DNA from: Pachysolen tannophilus NRRL Y-2460
Taxonomy: Eukaryota
DNA: 64,000 bases
NCBI GenBank assembly: GCA_001661245.1
Contig: KV454016.1
Span: 990,268-1,054,267 of the forward strand
Direction of reading: 5' to 3'
Part shown: positions 24,275-37,684 of the stretch, in pieces
Layout of the letters: every line of letters starts with the position of its first letter
Numbering within the stretch: the first letter of the stretch is position 1
The notes under the pieces: generated by a model
The model's database searches: none
What the model was told of the DNA's origin: nothing
Seen by the model: only the letters and a program-made list of their open reading frames with translations
Program-made: the position numbers and the translations under genes

Positions 24275-24569
24275 CTTCACACTCTATTACTACTAACCAA
24301 TAAGAAAAAAAAGAAAAAAAAAAACCTTGAAATTTAATAAATAATAAAATACTAGATATGAACCACAGGTAGGTCTATAATACCTCCTGTAAACCTCAAG
24401 TTTTCAAGTTTTCAAGTTTTCTTGTTTTAGTAAAGAAACAATACTTAATTAACTAACATTATATAAAACTACTATAAGATAAGCCGTATAGTAAGCGTGT
24501 TTTCAATTTTTAATAGTTTTTCTTTGTTTTGTTTTTTTTAATACCGTGTTTGCGTCGCAGATACAAACA

Positions 24570-24585
24570 CTCCTAATCGGGTAAT
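24570..24585. promoter_or_regulatory. Mcm1 (MADS-box) binding site in the BBP1/CLN divergent promoter
   Basis: CTCCTAATCGGGTAAT fits CC(N6)GG with the GGTAA flank. Confidence 0.6.
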
Positions 24586-25893
24586 TTTAATATTATAACA
24601 CACGACTACGTTTTTCTCTAATTTTTTAGCCTGAATGCTAAATAAAAAAAAATGCGGAGCAAATGCGTTTCAAATGCGTTTATAAATGCGCTTTAAATGC
24701 GCTTTAAATGTTGTGCACACAAATTTTCTAAAAAAGCGGTACTTAAAAGTATATGTACTTAAATGTTACTGTGCCGATTACAATTGGACATAATTATTAT
24801 TATTAGATTTTTAATTTTTTTAGTTTTCATTCTTTCCTAAAACACGACATTGGTACGTCCATGCACTACGTGTGTTGATTTAAAAAATTTTCTTTTTAGC
24901 GAATTTTCTTTTTCTTTTTTCGTTCATTTTTTCAACTTTTTAAAAAAAAAATTGTCATTACGATTTAAATATAAAACACGGTATTTTTCATGTATTTTTT
25001 AAAATACATATATGCAACTATATGCATATTGTGAGCGTAGAATATGTATTATAATAGATTATAATATTTATATAATATGTTATGATATGTATATATATGC
25101 ATTGTCTGTGGATCAGTATGTAAGGATATGCGTCGTGGAACACATACCTGCAGGACTCTACTATTGTTTATTTTTATTTTATTATGAATTATTTCCTTTT
25201 TAATTGAATATTTGATCTACGCATTCTGTTTCTAACGTGTATTATGCTGAGTTCACCATAAAAAATAATCCCCTTCTATTAGAAAAAGGAGACTTATTTT
25301 GATCTAATCTCTTCTATAGCAACAAGTTGGTATGAAAAAAACAAATAGATGTACAGTGGGAAATGTTTTTTTTTTTCCAAAAAAAATAATGAATGGTATA
25401 TTGGATCGATTGTTATTTAAATAAATTATACTGTTGTTCTTGTAATTGAATTTAAAATATATTGAATTTTTATTCACTTTTATTTATTATTATCAAGAGA
25501 TATTGTTGTATATATCCTTCTTTTTTTTTTTCTTTTCCTTTCTTTCTTTTTTTTTTATTGATTTCGTTTTAATGGGTTATTGAGATATAGATTCAATTTT
25601 GCATATTTTTTTTTTTCATTTGTTATTGTGTGTGTGTTTTTAATTCTTTTTTTTTTCACTTTCCTTTCTCTTCTAAATTGTGTTGTTTTCTTTCATTTTC
25701 TTTTTGATTCTTTATTCATTCTCTCATTTATTTATTAACTTTCTCTGAGAAAGAATTAGAAAGAGGGAAATCAAATCATCATCATCATTTTATTTTAATA
25801 CTGCATACATCATTATACCCTTCATTCATATTACTGCACTTTTCTAAATCTTCATTTTAATTTTTTTTTGTTTTATTTCGTTTCTCATTGAAT

Positions 25894-27437
25894 ATGACCA
25901 ACCAACAAGAATCTCATAGGTTTAGATACCGTTATGATCCAAAACTTTATCCAGATCAACTTATTGAAAATGAAATTCGTGCTCATAAACACGTTATTAA
26001 AGAATATTGCAAAGAACTTTCTATAAATGCTTTTGAAGAAGCTGATATGTATAAACCAGATTATAAATTAATAGAACAACAACCACAATTAACACCAGAA
26101 TTAAGACTGCCACTTTTAGATTTTTTACTTAAACTGTCTAAAAAGACAAAAGTATGTACTGGAATTTTTTATAAAAGTGTTAAATTATTAGATAGATATT
26201 GTTCAAAAAGAATTGTATTATTAGATCAAGCACAATTAGTTGCAACTTCATGTTTATGGTTAGCTGCAAAGACTGATGGAGGTTGTAATCATTGTGTTTC
26301 TTCTAGTTCTTGTCCAATTGGAGGTAGATTTATTGGACCTACTATTAGAGCAAGAATACCAAGATTATCAGAATTATGTCAATTATGTGGACCACAATGT
26401 TCATATGATGAAGGAATGTTTAAACAAATGGAAAGACATATTTTAGATACATTAAGTTGGAAAGTTACAGAACCAAATATTTATGATTGGGTTTTAGAAA
26501 TGGATGAAAATCAAGAATATTCTTATAATGATAGACAAGATGAACAATTATTTAATTTAAAACAATTTATTGTTGATGCTTCATTATATAATTTCAATTT
26601 AATTTCAACACATCCAGCAGAATTAGTTTGTTCAATAAATAATCTTTTAAATAGAATGGTTACAATTACGAAAAATGGTAAAAAAAAATTGAAGATAATA
26701 ATAATAATAATAATTTTTTCACAAATTTAATTTTACCAACAATTAATAATGATATAACTGAAAAAATTTTAGAAGCAATTGTTAAATCAACTGATAGTTT
26801 AATTTCAATTTATTCACCATTATTGGATAATGAAGATGGTAATACTAATACTTTAAGAACTTTTATTTCTTATTGTTTTGATTTTTTACAATCTATTGAA
26901 AAATCAAAAGATAGATCACCTTCTGAATCATCAATTATTTCAAATGTTTCATCTACTTCATATTCACTTTATGAAGATGAAGATGATTCTGAATTTTCAG
27001 ATAATGATTCAATTTTCGATACAAATAATCATATTAATCGTGAGAAACCAACTATATCAAAGAATACTTATTCACCAATTGTACCAATATCGATAAATAG
27101 TAGTCATACATCACTTGTTGGAGACGTTTACTCCAATGGTAACACCCATGGTAACAGCCATGGACAGTCTCAGGGGCAACATAATGGGCAACGAGTTGAA
27201 AACTCTGTTGAAGAACCCAACGGAGAACCTGTTGGAGTTGGTATTTCTACAACTACCAAGATAAATACAAGTTCAAACAAAAAAACTTGCACCACTAGCA
27301 AAAACAGTTTAAAAAATTTTCATACAAACATTACTGGGACTTCACCTACTTTAAGAAAAGTCGGAGATGATATAAACTATAAAAACATGAGACGACCATT
27401 AGGTACAATTTCTTCGGCTTCTTTAAACATTTTTTAA
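25894..27437 (+). CDS. G1 cyclin of the Cln1/Cln2(Hgc1) type; -1 frame break in A9 run 26680-26688
   Basis: Cyclin box DRYCSKRIVLLDQAQLV, WLAAKTDGGCNH, GGRFIGPTIRARIPRLSEL; second frame open from the A-run to 27437 with a PEST-like tail. Confidence 0.85.
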
Positions 27438-28595
27438 ATACCTACATTAATATATAATACAAATGATTACATTTTTTTTTTTTTCTTTCTTTTTCTTTCT
27501 TTTTTCTTTTGTTTCCTTTGGAGTTGAGTACTTTAAAACAATAAAATTTAAAAATTATACTATACGTTGTATTAACTGATTTGATAATATATTAAAATTT
27601 AATATATCAAATAATAGTAATAGTAATAGATGAAAATTATGCTTAGTATATTACCATACAAAGTAACAGCCTCGTTTTCATTTCCATCATCAAAGATGAA
27701 AATTCAATGATTAACCACGAACTAATGGTTAATAAATAGGTGTTCAATCTCAAATCTTAGATCTTAGATATCTTCTACTTTACTTCTACTATTACATCCA
27801 CACCACTTATTCTATCACTAATTCTGTTTTATAAGAACATTTATAAAACCTTTTCTTTTACAAGAATAAAGAAAATTCCTTAGTAAAAAAAAATTTTTAC
27901 ACGTCGCGATTAATTAAAGCTCTGCGGATAAAACAAAAGAAACATATTATAATATAATATATATATTTATATTTTATATTTAATATTATTATTATTGATT
28001 TATCCTTTATATTCATTAACAACTTTTAGAATCAAATCTGATTTTAATCTTTCCTTTCTTTTCTTTTCTTTTCTTTTCTTTTTTTTTCTTTCATTTTTGT
28101 TGTTTTTGTTGTTGTGTTGTAATCTTTTTTTTTTTTTCTGATTTGTGATATTTAAAGGGATATATTGAAAAGAAGGAAAAAAAGACACTAAATTAATTAA
28201 GTTGTACGTCTTTATTATTGAAAACAAAGGCAAAACAAAGAGGCTAGTATTTGCAAGAAAAAAAAAATAATAAAAAAAAAGATATATATAGATATTTGAA
28301 GTTATATCAGTCGATATATAATAATCTTGGGTTATCCATCTAGTTATTATTATATTGGTAAAAAAGAAAGAAAAAAAAAAATAAAAAAAATAATCAATTT
28401 CAATTTTATAAATTAATTTTATTTTAAAAGGGATTATTAGCTTTTTGTTCTTTTTTGTTCTTTTTTTACTTTCATTTTTTTGCTTTTCAAGAAAAAAAAA
28501 AAAGAAGAGATTATTTATTTAAATTATATTGAATTTAACTTCCAAAAATAGAGATAAAGATAAATCATTTATTGATTATTAAATATTTGAAGTAA

Positions 28596-29336
28596 ATGTT
28601 TGGAATAACGCCAGTTGTTTTTTTAATTTTTTCCATATTTTTCACAAGGTTAATAAGCGCTGATAACGATACAACTTTGGAAGGTACATGGTCATCTAAA
28701 TCAAATACAGTATTTACTGGGCCTGGTTTTTATGATCCTGTTGATGAGTTACTTATTGAACCAGCATTACCAGGAATTTCATTTTCATTTACTGATGATG
28801 GATTTTATGAAGAAGCAATATATCAAGTTACTCCAAATCCTCAAAATCATTCATGCCCAACAGCGGTATTAATTTTTCAACATGGAACTTATGAAATACT
28901 TTCAAATGGATCCTTAACTTTAACTCCTTTTGAAGTTGATGGTAGACAATTATTATCAGAACCTTGTGAAGATAGTGGTGTTTCAACTTATTCTCGTTAT
29001 AATCAAACTGAAGATTATGAAGAATTTGCTGTTTCTGTTGATGCTTATCATGGTCGTTATAAATTACAACTTTATGAATTCGATGGAACTCCTGTACAGC
29101 CTTTATATTTAGCTTATAAACCTCCATTGATGTTACCAACAATCACTTTAAATCCAACTGCTACTTCTTCAGGTTCAAGTAGTACAGGTACAAGTGTTTC
29201 TAAAAAAATTAAAAGATCTTTGGAAAATCAATACAAGACAAGAGCTTTTAAAAGAAAAAGATTTGATTACGATTTTTGGTGGTGGATCTCTTTAGGTTGT
29301 TTTTTAACAGGTGCTGTTATTTGTGCACTTACCTAA
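28596..29336 (+). CDS. ROT1: ER membrane chaperone Rot1
   Basis: Signal peptide, GTWSSKSNTVFTGPGFYDP, LYLAYKPPLMLPT, C-terminal TM. Confidence 0.93.
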   Translation: MFGITPVVFLIFSIFFTRLISADNDTTLEGTWSSKSNTVFTGPGFYDPVDELLIEPALPGISFSFTDDGFYEEAIYQVTPNPQNHSCPTAVLIFQHGTYEILSNGSLTLTPFEVDGRQLLSEPCEDSGVSTYSRYNQTEDYEEFAVSVDAYHGRYKLQLYEFDGTPVQPLYLAYKPPLMLPTITLNPTATSSGSSSTGTSVSKKIKRSLENQYKTRAFKRKRFDYDFWWWISLGCFLTGAVICALT

Positions 29337-29587
29337 AAAAAGAAAATTTTTTAATCATAATAATATAAAAGAAAAGATTAAAAAAAATTAAAAAAAAAAA
29401 AAAAAAGGGGAGGATGTTATTAGACCTTTGATAACAATTAGAAGGCTGGAAAAAAAAAAGTAAAAGATAAAAGAAAATATTTTATTCTTATTAATAGTAT
29501 TAATGATAATAAAGATAACATTAGAATTAAGATAAATTAAAAAAACAAACAAAAAATAATAAAAAAAGCAAAAAAAAAAAAAAAAAA

Positions 29588-30215
29588 NNNNNNNNNNNNN
29601 NNNNNNNNNNNNNNNNNNNNNNNNNNNNNNNNNNNNNNNNNNNNNNNNNNNNNNNNNNNNNNNNNNNNNNNNNNNNNNNNNNNNNNNNNNNNNNNNNNNN
29701 NNNNNNNNNNNNNNNNNNNNNNNNNNNNNNNNNNNNNNNNNNNNNNNNNNNNNNNNNNNNNNNNNNNNNNNNNNNNNNNNNNNNNNNNNNNNNNNNNNNN
29801 NNNNNNNNNNNNNNNNNNNNNNNNNNNNNNNNNNNNNNNNNNNNNNNNNNNNNNNNNNNNNNNNNNNNNNNNNNNNNNNNNNNNNNNNNNNNNNNNNNNN
29901 NNNNNNNNNNNNNNNNNNNNNNNNNNNNNNNNNNNNNNNNNNNNNNNNNNNNNNNNNNNNNNNNNNNNNNNNNNNNNNNNNNNNNNNNNNNNNNNNNNNN
30001 NNNNNNNNNNNNNNNNNNNNNNNNNNNNNNNNNNNNNNNNNNNNNNNNNNNNNNNNNNNNNNNNNNNNNNNNNNNNNNNNNNNNNNNNNNNNNNNNNNNN
30101 NNNNNNNNNNNNNNNNNNNNNNNNNNNNNNNNNNNNNNNNNNNNNNNNNNNNNNNNNNNNNNNNNNNNNNNNNNNNNNNNNNNNNNNNNNNNNNNNNNNN
30201 NNNNNNNNNNNNNNN
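29588..30215. other. Assembly gap
   Basis: N run flanked by poly-A/poly-T. Confidence 1.
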
Positions 30216-30219
30216 TTTT

Positions 30220-30267
<48 letters not shown>

Positions 30268-30348
30268 TATATTTTATTTTATTTTATTTTTTGTCTTTTG
30301 TCTTTTCTTATGCAATTTCAAATAAATTCGTAGTTTTTATATGTATAT

Positions 30349-31503
30349 TCACATTATAAACTCTTCAGTTTCCATTCCACATACTATACACCTTCTTCTC
30401 ACTACACCTTCTTCTTTATCATTTTTTTTAGACAAGGGAAGTGACCATTCATGTATATGCTGTTGTTTATTTTCTCTCAATTTCCTAGTATACTCTTCTG
30501 CTCTTGTTTTCTTTCTCATTTCTCTCAACTTCATTTCAAATTTTTTATCTCTTCTATCAACTCTCATTGCTTCTCTACGCAGCCATTCTTTATCAAGGCC
30601 TTCTTCTCCTCCCCATTTTTTGAAAGCAAATTCTTCAACTTGATATCTTAAAAATAATTGCATCTTTGAATAAGTTCCTGAATAAGGGTTTGGTTTTTCT
30701 AATCTATGTAATAAATTTTTATCTTTTAATTCTGGATCCGTTAATAAATAATCTTCTCTACATTCTGTCTTTGTTAATAATGAATATTTTTCAGGTCTTA
30801 ACTCTTTACATCGTTTACAAACTTTACATTTAAAAATTTGAAACAAATTTTGATCAATATCTATTGATTGACATTCATAACACCTTGGTGCACTTGATAT
30901 ATCAACAGGTGGAGGAGGTTCCATGACAATCTTAGATTTTTGTTCTTCTTTCCATTGCTCTAAAGTTTGTCCACTATTTTCTCCGCCATTGCCACCTGCA
31001 ACATTTGAATCTTCTGATATAAAACCACCATAACTATCTTTTAAAGTAGAAAAATCATAATCAATATAATCTTGTTTACGAATTGAAGGCCTGATGTTAT
31101 CCAAAGGTCTTTTCCCCAATGAAGTAGTTGAACCTGATCCGTTGTTGATTTCTTTTGATATTTTATAATCATTTTTATTTAAAATAGTTGTAGTAGATGA
31201 TGCATCTCTTAAATTATTTTCCCTTTGCTTTTTTCTCTCCAATGCCTTCCTCCTATTTTCTTCAATTATTGCCATCTGTTCTGGTGTCAAATTAATCTTT
31301 GGTCTCTGTGGAACAGACAGTACTGACTCTGTATTTTTAGATCCTAAATTATTATCATTATTTTTATCAAGTTGTCTTTGCCTTAATCTTTCCAAAGCTT
31401 TTCTTCTGTTTGCTTCCTTTTAAAATGTTAGTAAAATAACTATTTAAAATAATTACTCCCATTTAACTTCACTTACTATCTTCTTCTGCCTCTCTGAATC
31501 CAT
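30349..31503 (-). CDS. RAD14: XPA-homologue DNA damage recognition protein; exon1 31503-31477, intron 31476-31417, exon2 31416-30349
   Basis: C4 zinc finger CYEC..CKRC, LLTKTECREDYLLTD; GTAAGT/TACTAAC/AAG intron gives MDSERQKKIEANRRKAL. Confidence 0.92.
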
Positions 31504-31870
31504 CTTCCTATAGTCTTATGATATAGAAGTTTCTACCTAATTCATTATTAATCATCGTCTACATCATTTATAATTATTATGCATCTTAATTAGTAGTGCT
31601 TTTTACATTTTAAAACTATTTTAACATATTTTTTAATGTTATAAAACGAACAAGAAGTTAAATTAAATTAAATTAAATTGAAGATTTGAATACATAGAGC
31701 TCCAAATAACGCTGAATGAATAGAAGGCAACAAATCTTGAATTGAACTAAACATAATCCCCAAACAAACAAACAAGAAAGAAAGAAACAAAAACAAAAAA
31801 ACAATAAAACAATAAAAAAAAAAATTACTCACACACACATATAAACACACATAGACACTTGATAACTTTA

Positions 31871-32989
31871 TCAAAAAGCATCCATAGTATAGTCATGTTC
31901 AATACCTGGGGTCACGCTGGCAATGAATTTCAAGAAAATGACCAAATACTGATCCACCCTAATCACTTCATCATCTTCTCCTTCAATATTAGAAACACTT
32001 TCCCAGTCTTCTTCTTCTTCTTCTTCATTTTTAGCTTTTCCTTGACCTTCATTTTCATCTGCTAATCCCAACTTTGCGACTCCACGAGTAAAATCATCTT
32101 TTTTCTCTTTTAATTTTTTCTTTACCAATTCTTCATGTTGCCTTTCTCTTTTCCTTTTCTTTGCTATTGCAGCTCTACTAATTAATACTTTCATAACTTT
32201 TGCATGTTTGCAAGGATGAATGGAAACCGCAGTAGTATTTGATAAAAATGGAGCTTTCTCTATAGTTGCAGTTTTGTGACGATAATCTGAATCTATATCT
32301 TCAAACATCTCATTTGGAGACAAAGGAACTCCATTTGAATTGAACCCCACTATATACATCTTTGGTACCCTATAAGATGTAGAATAGCTAACGTACAAGT
32401 CATAACTTCTCTTATTACTATTGCTATTATTTTTGTTATCGTTATTATTTGCCTTAATATTTTGGTTATTCTCAATATTCTCACCATTACCACCATTGCC
32501 ACCATTATCTTCTTCTTCAGCAGTCTCGTCTATCAATTCATCAATATCATCAACAAAATCTTCTTCATTCTCATTAGCCTTTATTGTAGGCTGATCGTTA
32601 TCCGTTACTTGGTTGTATTCAGAAATCCCAGTAGTACCACCAACTCCACCATGTTGTGGAGTAGAACTAGTAGCAGTCCACAGCTCATCATCTCCTTCTA
32701 TAGTAACAGCTTCATCATTTTCAACATCGTTATCCACACCAAGATAATCCGATACTCTAACATACGATGGAACACGTCTCGTCACCAAAAATTGTTTATT
32801 ATCCGGTAAAAAATCTCTCTTCTTAGAAGCAGGAGCAGGTGACCATTGCCAAGTAGGAAACTTATACACCAAATAATCACCAGCTTCAACAAACTCTTCT
32901 GGAGTAATTTCTCCAGTTTTCCTAAAAGTGGATTTATGACTAACCGGCGTCAAATACTCTCTCCACGAACTAAAAGTTGACCTAATCAT
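31871..32989 (-). CDS. ATG3: Autophagy E2-like enzyme Atg3
   Basis: MIRSTFSSWREYLTP, SIHPCKHA active site, YLVIFLKFIASVTPGIEHDYT. Confidence 0.96.
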   Translation of the reverse strand: MIRSTFSSWREYLTPVSHKSTFRKTGEITPEEFVEAGDYLVYKFPTWQWSPAPASKKRDFLPDNKQFLVTRRVPSYVRVSDYLGVDNDVENDEAVTIEGDDELWTATSSTPQHGGVGGTTGISEYNQVTDNDQPTIKANENEEDFVDDIDELIDETAEEEDNGGNGGNGENIENNQNIKANNNDNKNNSNSNKRSYDLYVSYSTSYRVPKMYIVGFNSNGVPLSPNEMFEDIDSDYRHKTATIEKAPFLSNTTAVSIHPCKHAKVMKVLISRAAIAKKRKRERQHEELVKKKLKEKKDDFTRGVAKLGLADENEGQGKAKNEEEEEEDWESVSNIEGEDDEVIRVDQYLVIFLKFIASVTPGIEHDYTMDAF

Positions 32990-33427
32990 CTTCTCGACTC
33001 CAACAACCCAATTCTTAACAATCTTCTAATTAGATATATATATATAATACATTTATATATTATTTATTTATATATGAAGCAAGTTTGGCTTTTTGTAACA
33101 TACTTGATATTAAGAACTAAAATCCGGAGAAGAAACGGAGGAAATTTAAAAATTAAAATTCTCCATTAGGGAAATGCAAAGGTTTCCGTAAAGGAGAATT
33201 TTTAAAAATAGGAGAAAAACAAAAAAAAATAAGGTTTCCATTTAGGAGAAGATAAGTGGGTATAAAAAAAAATAAAACTTCTCCGGTTTTGTCTTATTAA
33301 TAGTGAAGAAGAGATTTAGAAAACGTACAGGTGATGATATCAACACAAGATAATTGATTGCTTTTCAATTCTTTTTTGTTTTTTTTTTTTTGCTTTTTTC
33401 TTTTCTTTTATTTAGATAGATGAGTCG

Positions 33428-35521
33428 ATGCCGGTTAAATTGAGGAAGAAAAATAAGAGTAGTAGAGGAAGTGGGACGCTGGGAAGCGAAGGTCACTCTA
33501 TAGGGTCCGAATTGACAAGTGAACCCAACGGCGGTGAAGGTGAAGGTGAAGTTGGTGAAGTTAGTGAAGTTAATGAATTTAAAGCCATTGGCGGTCAACG
33601 TAAAGGTGAAGTTGGAAGTGAAAGAGAGGGTGAGGAGAATGGCGATGAAGATACAAATAATGAAATTGAGAGATTGAGTTCTAAAGCAACAAGAACAACA
33701 ACTACAACGGATAGGAATACAGAAGGTAGAAGAAAGAAACTTGAAAAATCGGTTTTAAATTCAAGAAGAGTTATATTTTTTTTAGGTGCATTATTGGGAA
33801 TGGGTTTTGCTATATATTATGGAGCTAATTCAAACCCAGATTTGATTCCTGATTTAGATACATTGGTTAATTTTGATACTGTTAATGGGTATCTTGAAGA
33901 TTGGAGAGATGTTTTACCTGCTAGTTTACAAGGAATATTGAATGATGCTGCAGATAGTGGGAGTATGAGGGCAACTACAGAATCTTTTTCTGTTGGTAAA
34001 TATCTTAAAGAGGAAAGAAATTTAACTTATAAATATCCAATTGTTATGGTTCCTGGAGTTATTAGTACTGGAATTGAATCCTGGGGGTTAGAAGGTACTC
34101 CAGAATGTCCTTCAGAACCTCATTTTAGGAAAAGGTTATGGGGGTCATTTTATATGTTGAGAACAATGGTTTTAGATAAGACATGTTGGTTGAAACATAT
34201 AATGTTGGATCCTGAAACTGGACTTGATCCTCCAGGTATTACTTTAAGGGCGGCTCAAGGTTTTGAAGCTAGTGATTTTTTCATGGCTGGATATTGGATT
34301 TGGAATAAAGTTTTACAAAATTTAGCAGTTATTGGTTATGGTCCAAATAATATGGTTAGTGCTTCTTATGATTGGAGATTATCTTATCTTGATTTAGAAA
34401 GAAGAGATGGATATTTTAGTAAATTAAAACTGCAAATTGAAATGCATAAAAAAATTGGTGGTGAAAAAAGTGTTTTATTTTCACATTCAATGGGATCACA
34501 AGTTATTTTTTATTTTATGCAATGGGTTGAAGCTGAAGGTGAACATTATGGTAATGGTGGATCTACTTGGGTAAATGATCATATAGCTGCATTTGTTGAT
34601 ATTTCTGGATCTGTCTTGGGTACACCTAAAGCTCTTGTTGCATTATTATCTGGAGAAATGAAAGATACTGTTCTGTTAAATACTTTAGGTGTTAAAGGAT
34701 TAGAGAAATTTTTTTCTAGAAGAGAAAGAGTTGATATGTTAAAAAGTTTTGGTGGTATTGCAAGTATGATACCAAAAGGTGGAGATTTAATATGGGGAGA
34801 TATGAATGGTGCACCTGATGATAATATTCCATTTGATGTTAATTATAATAATGAAACTTTTGGTAAATTTATATCATTTAAAGAAAATATTGGAATTTTT
34901 TCATCAAAAAATTTAACTATGACTGATAGTATTGAATTTTTATTAGATCAATCACCAAAATGGTTTAAAGATCGTACATTAGAACATTATTCTTTTGGAA
35001 TTTCTAAAAATAAAGATGAATTAATTAAAAATAAAAAATTTTTCAATAAATGGGCAAATCCATTAGAAGTACCTTTACCCAATGCACCAGATTTAAAAAT
35101 TTATTGTATATATGGTGTTGGAAATCCAACTGAAAGATCTTATATTTATCAAGAAGAACAAAATAAACAAGTTTCTAAATTAAATGTTTCCATTGCCATT
35201 GACCATACTGAAAACCCTGTTGCATTAAGTGATGGGGATGGTACCATATCACTTTTAACCCATGCAATGTGTCATAAATGGAAAGAAGAAGGTAATAACA
35301 TTTATAACCCAGGGAATTCAAAAGTTACCATTGTTGAAATTAAACATCAACCAGATAGATTTGATATCCGTGGAGGAGCCAAGACTGCAGAACACGTAGA
35401 TATCTTGGGCTCTTCCGTACTAAACGAATTGCTACTAATCATCGCCGCCGGTAAAGGTGATGAGATTGAAGATAAATATGTAAGTCCTTTAAAAGATATT
35501 GTTGCCAATATAGATTTCTAA
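33428..35521 (+). CDS. LRO1: Phospholipid:diacylglycerol acyltransferase
   Basis: N-terminal TM, VMVPGVISTGIESW, SHSMG lipase motif, DGDGTI, AEHVDILG. Confidence 0.95.
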   Translation: MPVKLRKKNKSSRGSGTLGSEGHSIGSELTSEPNGGEGEGEVGEVSEVNEFKAIGGQRKGEVGSEREGEENGDEDTNNEIERLSSKATRTTTTTDRNTEGRRKKLEKSVLNSRRVIFFLGALLGMGFAIYYGANSNPDLIPDLDTLVNFDTVNGYLEDWRDVLPASLQGILNDAADSGSMRATTESFSVGKYLKEERNLTYKYPIVMVPGVISTGIESWGLEGTPECPSEPHFRKRLWGSFYMLRTMVLDKTCWLKHIMLDPETGLDPPGITLRAAQGFEASDFFMAGYWIWNKVLQNLAVIGYGPNNMVSASYDWRLSYLDLERRDGYFSKLKLQIEMHKKIGGEKSVLFSHSMGSQVIFYFMQWVEAEGEHYGNGGSTWVNDHIAAFVDISGSVLGTPKALVALLSGEMKDTVLLNTLGVKGLEKFFSRRERVDMLKSFGGIASMIPKGGDLIWGDMNGAPDDNIPFDVNYNNETFGKFISFKENIGIFSSKNLTMTDSIEFLLDQSPKWFKDRTLEHYSFGISKNKDELIKNKKFFNKWANPLEVPLPNAPDLKIYCIYGVGNPTERSYIYQEEQNKQVSKLNVSIAIDHTENPVALSDGDGTISLLTHAMCHKWKEEGNNIYNPGNSKVTIVEIKHQPDRFDIRGGAKTAEHVDILGSSVLNELLLIIAAGKGDEIEDKYVSPLKDIVANIDF

Positions 35522-36244
35522 AAGAAAAAAGAAGAAAAAAGGAAAAAAAAAACAACTGTATAGTCTATAGCTCTGTTTCATTATCAATTTGCTCACAAGA
35601 AAGAAAATAAAAGAAAAGAAATTTGAAAAAATAGTCGACGTAGACGTAGTCTTGGTAACTGAATTCGTCATCTTGCTTTATTCTACAAAACGCGATGGAT
35701 CACTAACAGAATTTCCACGTGTACAAACGGGAAATCCTGACACATTGCCCCATGTAACACATTTTATACGGAACCCGCCTAAAAAACATCTCTCAGTTCC
35801 GCCAAAAATTAATAAATTCTTTAAATTCCCGGTAAACTCACTTTCGCAGTGCTTGGCAGTGTTTTGGCAGTGTTTTTGAGGCACAACACCAAAAACCCTA
35901 TTCTCCAAACCTCAGTGCGTTTGGGAAAAAACGTGATTTTTCAGTTGACCGCTTTTTTATTTACTTTTTCCAATTTAGAGAATTTGTCAAAATAGTAAAA
36001 GTAAACAATAGAAAACAGAACCTTTTGTGTAGTAGTAATAGTAATAATAATAATAATATATATATATATTTATTGGTGTCTATATTGATATTATTGAATA
36101 CGCGGTTATCAGAATTGTGAGAAAGATTAAAGTAATGTTTCATTACTAAATAAGTTTATATATAAGATAAATAAATAAATAAAAAAAAAGTCATATTTTA
36201 TTGACTAGTCAAAAAAAAAATATATATACATATACATATATACG

Positions 36245-36277
<33 letters not shown>

Positions 36278-36314
36278 TACTTTTATTTTTTGTTTTTCTT
36301 ATTTCCTTGGTATA

Positions 36315-37684
36315 ATGACTACAGCAGTTCCAGTTCCAGCTCCAGTTCCAGCTTCTTCGTCGAGAATGGCGTTGGCACCGATTTCAAATTCAAAGTTGAA
36401 TTCGAATAGTAATGTTAAAAGTAATGGTCATTTAAAACCATTTGCTAGTTCAACACCTTTTTTGAAAAGATCAATAACTTTGGATATGAATTTATTGCCC
36501 TCATTGAAAAGAAGGTTATCCAATAGTGGTAAGGAAATGGGAATGGGGAAACATGTTTTACAAAATTTTAATTATTCAACTTCATTAACAGCAGCAGCAA
36601 TGTCTGCTGCTGCTTATCCTAGTCCTATACCAACACCAACAATAGGTGAAAATTTAGAAAATTTAGAAAGATCAGAAAAATTAGAAAAATTAGAAAAAAA
36701 ATTAAATCATGCTGAACTTTTAAAGACAAGGTTAAGGTTAGCATATTATAAGATTAAATCTAATCAAGTTGATACTCCAATTTCCAAAATTGTTGATACT
36801 TCAAGGGAATTTACCAAGACTCCATTGATTAAAAGAGCTCAAACTTTAGAAATGTTATTAGCTTCTTCAACACCACTTATAAATTCAATGCAATACCCAC
36901 TTCCCACATCTATTCCTCCTCATCATCCAATTTTGAAAAAAAATTATAATTCAACAAGGAAAAAATCATCAAATTTTAAAAATATTAAAAATATTAAAAA
37001 AAAAATTTACAAAAATCAAAATTAAAATCAAAATCTGTTAATTTTATAAATAATGAAAAAACTTTTCAATTAGTACCAAGACCAACATCAATTTATACAA
37101 CTTCTTCACCATCAAAATTTGCTTGTCAAACTCAAATTCAACTGCAACAACAATTTCCTAAAAATTTTATATTTAAATATTCTCCACCTTCACCACCGAA
37201 AAGCATTCAAAATTTAAAGAATAATAATAATAATATGAATTCTCAAATTAAAAGGAAAAGAGAATTAAAACCTGCTAATAAGAAAAAAGAAATTATTAAT
37301 AATGATATAAAATTACCATCATTATCGGAAATACCATTGAATATTGACAAGTTTCCAAAACAAAATTCCTCCTCAGTTGTTCCAACTAAATTATCAGCTG
37401 AATCTCAAACTTCTTCTCATTATGATAATAACGATTCCACCATATTACTAGTTACACCTGTTAAAAAAAAGAAATCAGGTATAACTAAATCACAGCATGC
37501 TGCTAAAGTAGTCAATTCTTCATTACCAACAGTTCCAACATTAAGGCATAATAGTACTAATGAAATTATTAATGATAATAACACACCCCAATTAATGTCC
37601 AGTCCTTCAAAATATTTGTCAACCCCATCATCAATGGGTGCAGCAAAATCATTATTACAATTGGCATTGCTTAATCAGGACTGA
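36315..37684 (+). CDS. NRM1: MBF co-repressor Nrm1 (Whi5/Nrm1 family); -1 frame break in A10 run 36996-37005
   Basis: D-box-like RMALAPISN, GTB motif LKTRLRLAYYK, C-terminal TPSSMGAAKSLLQL; follows ATG3-LRO1. Confidence 0.75.
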
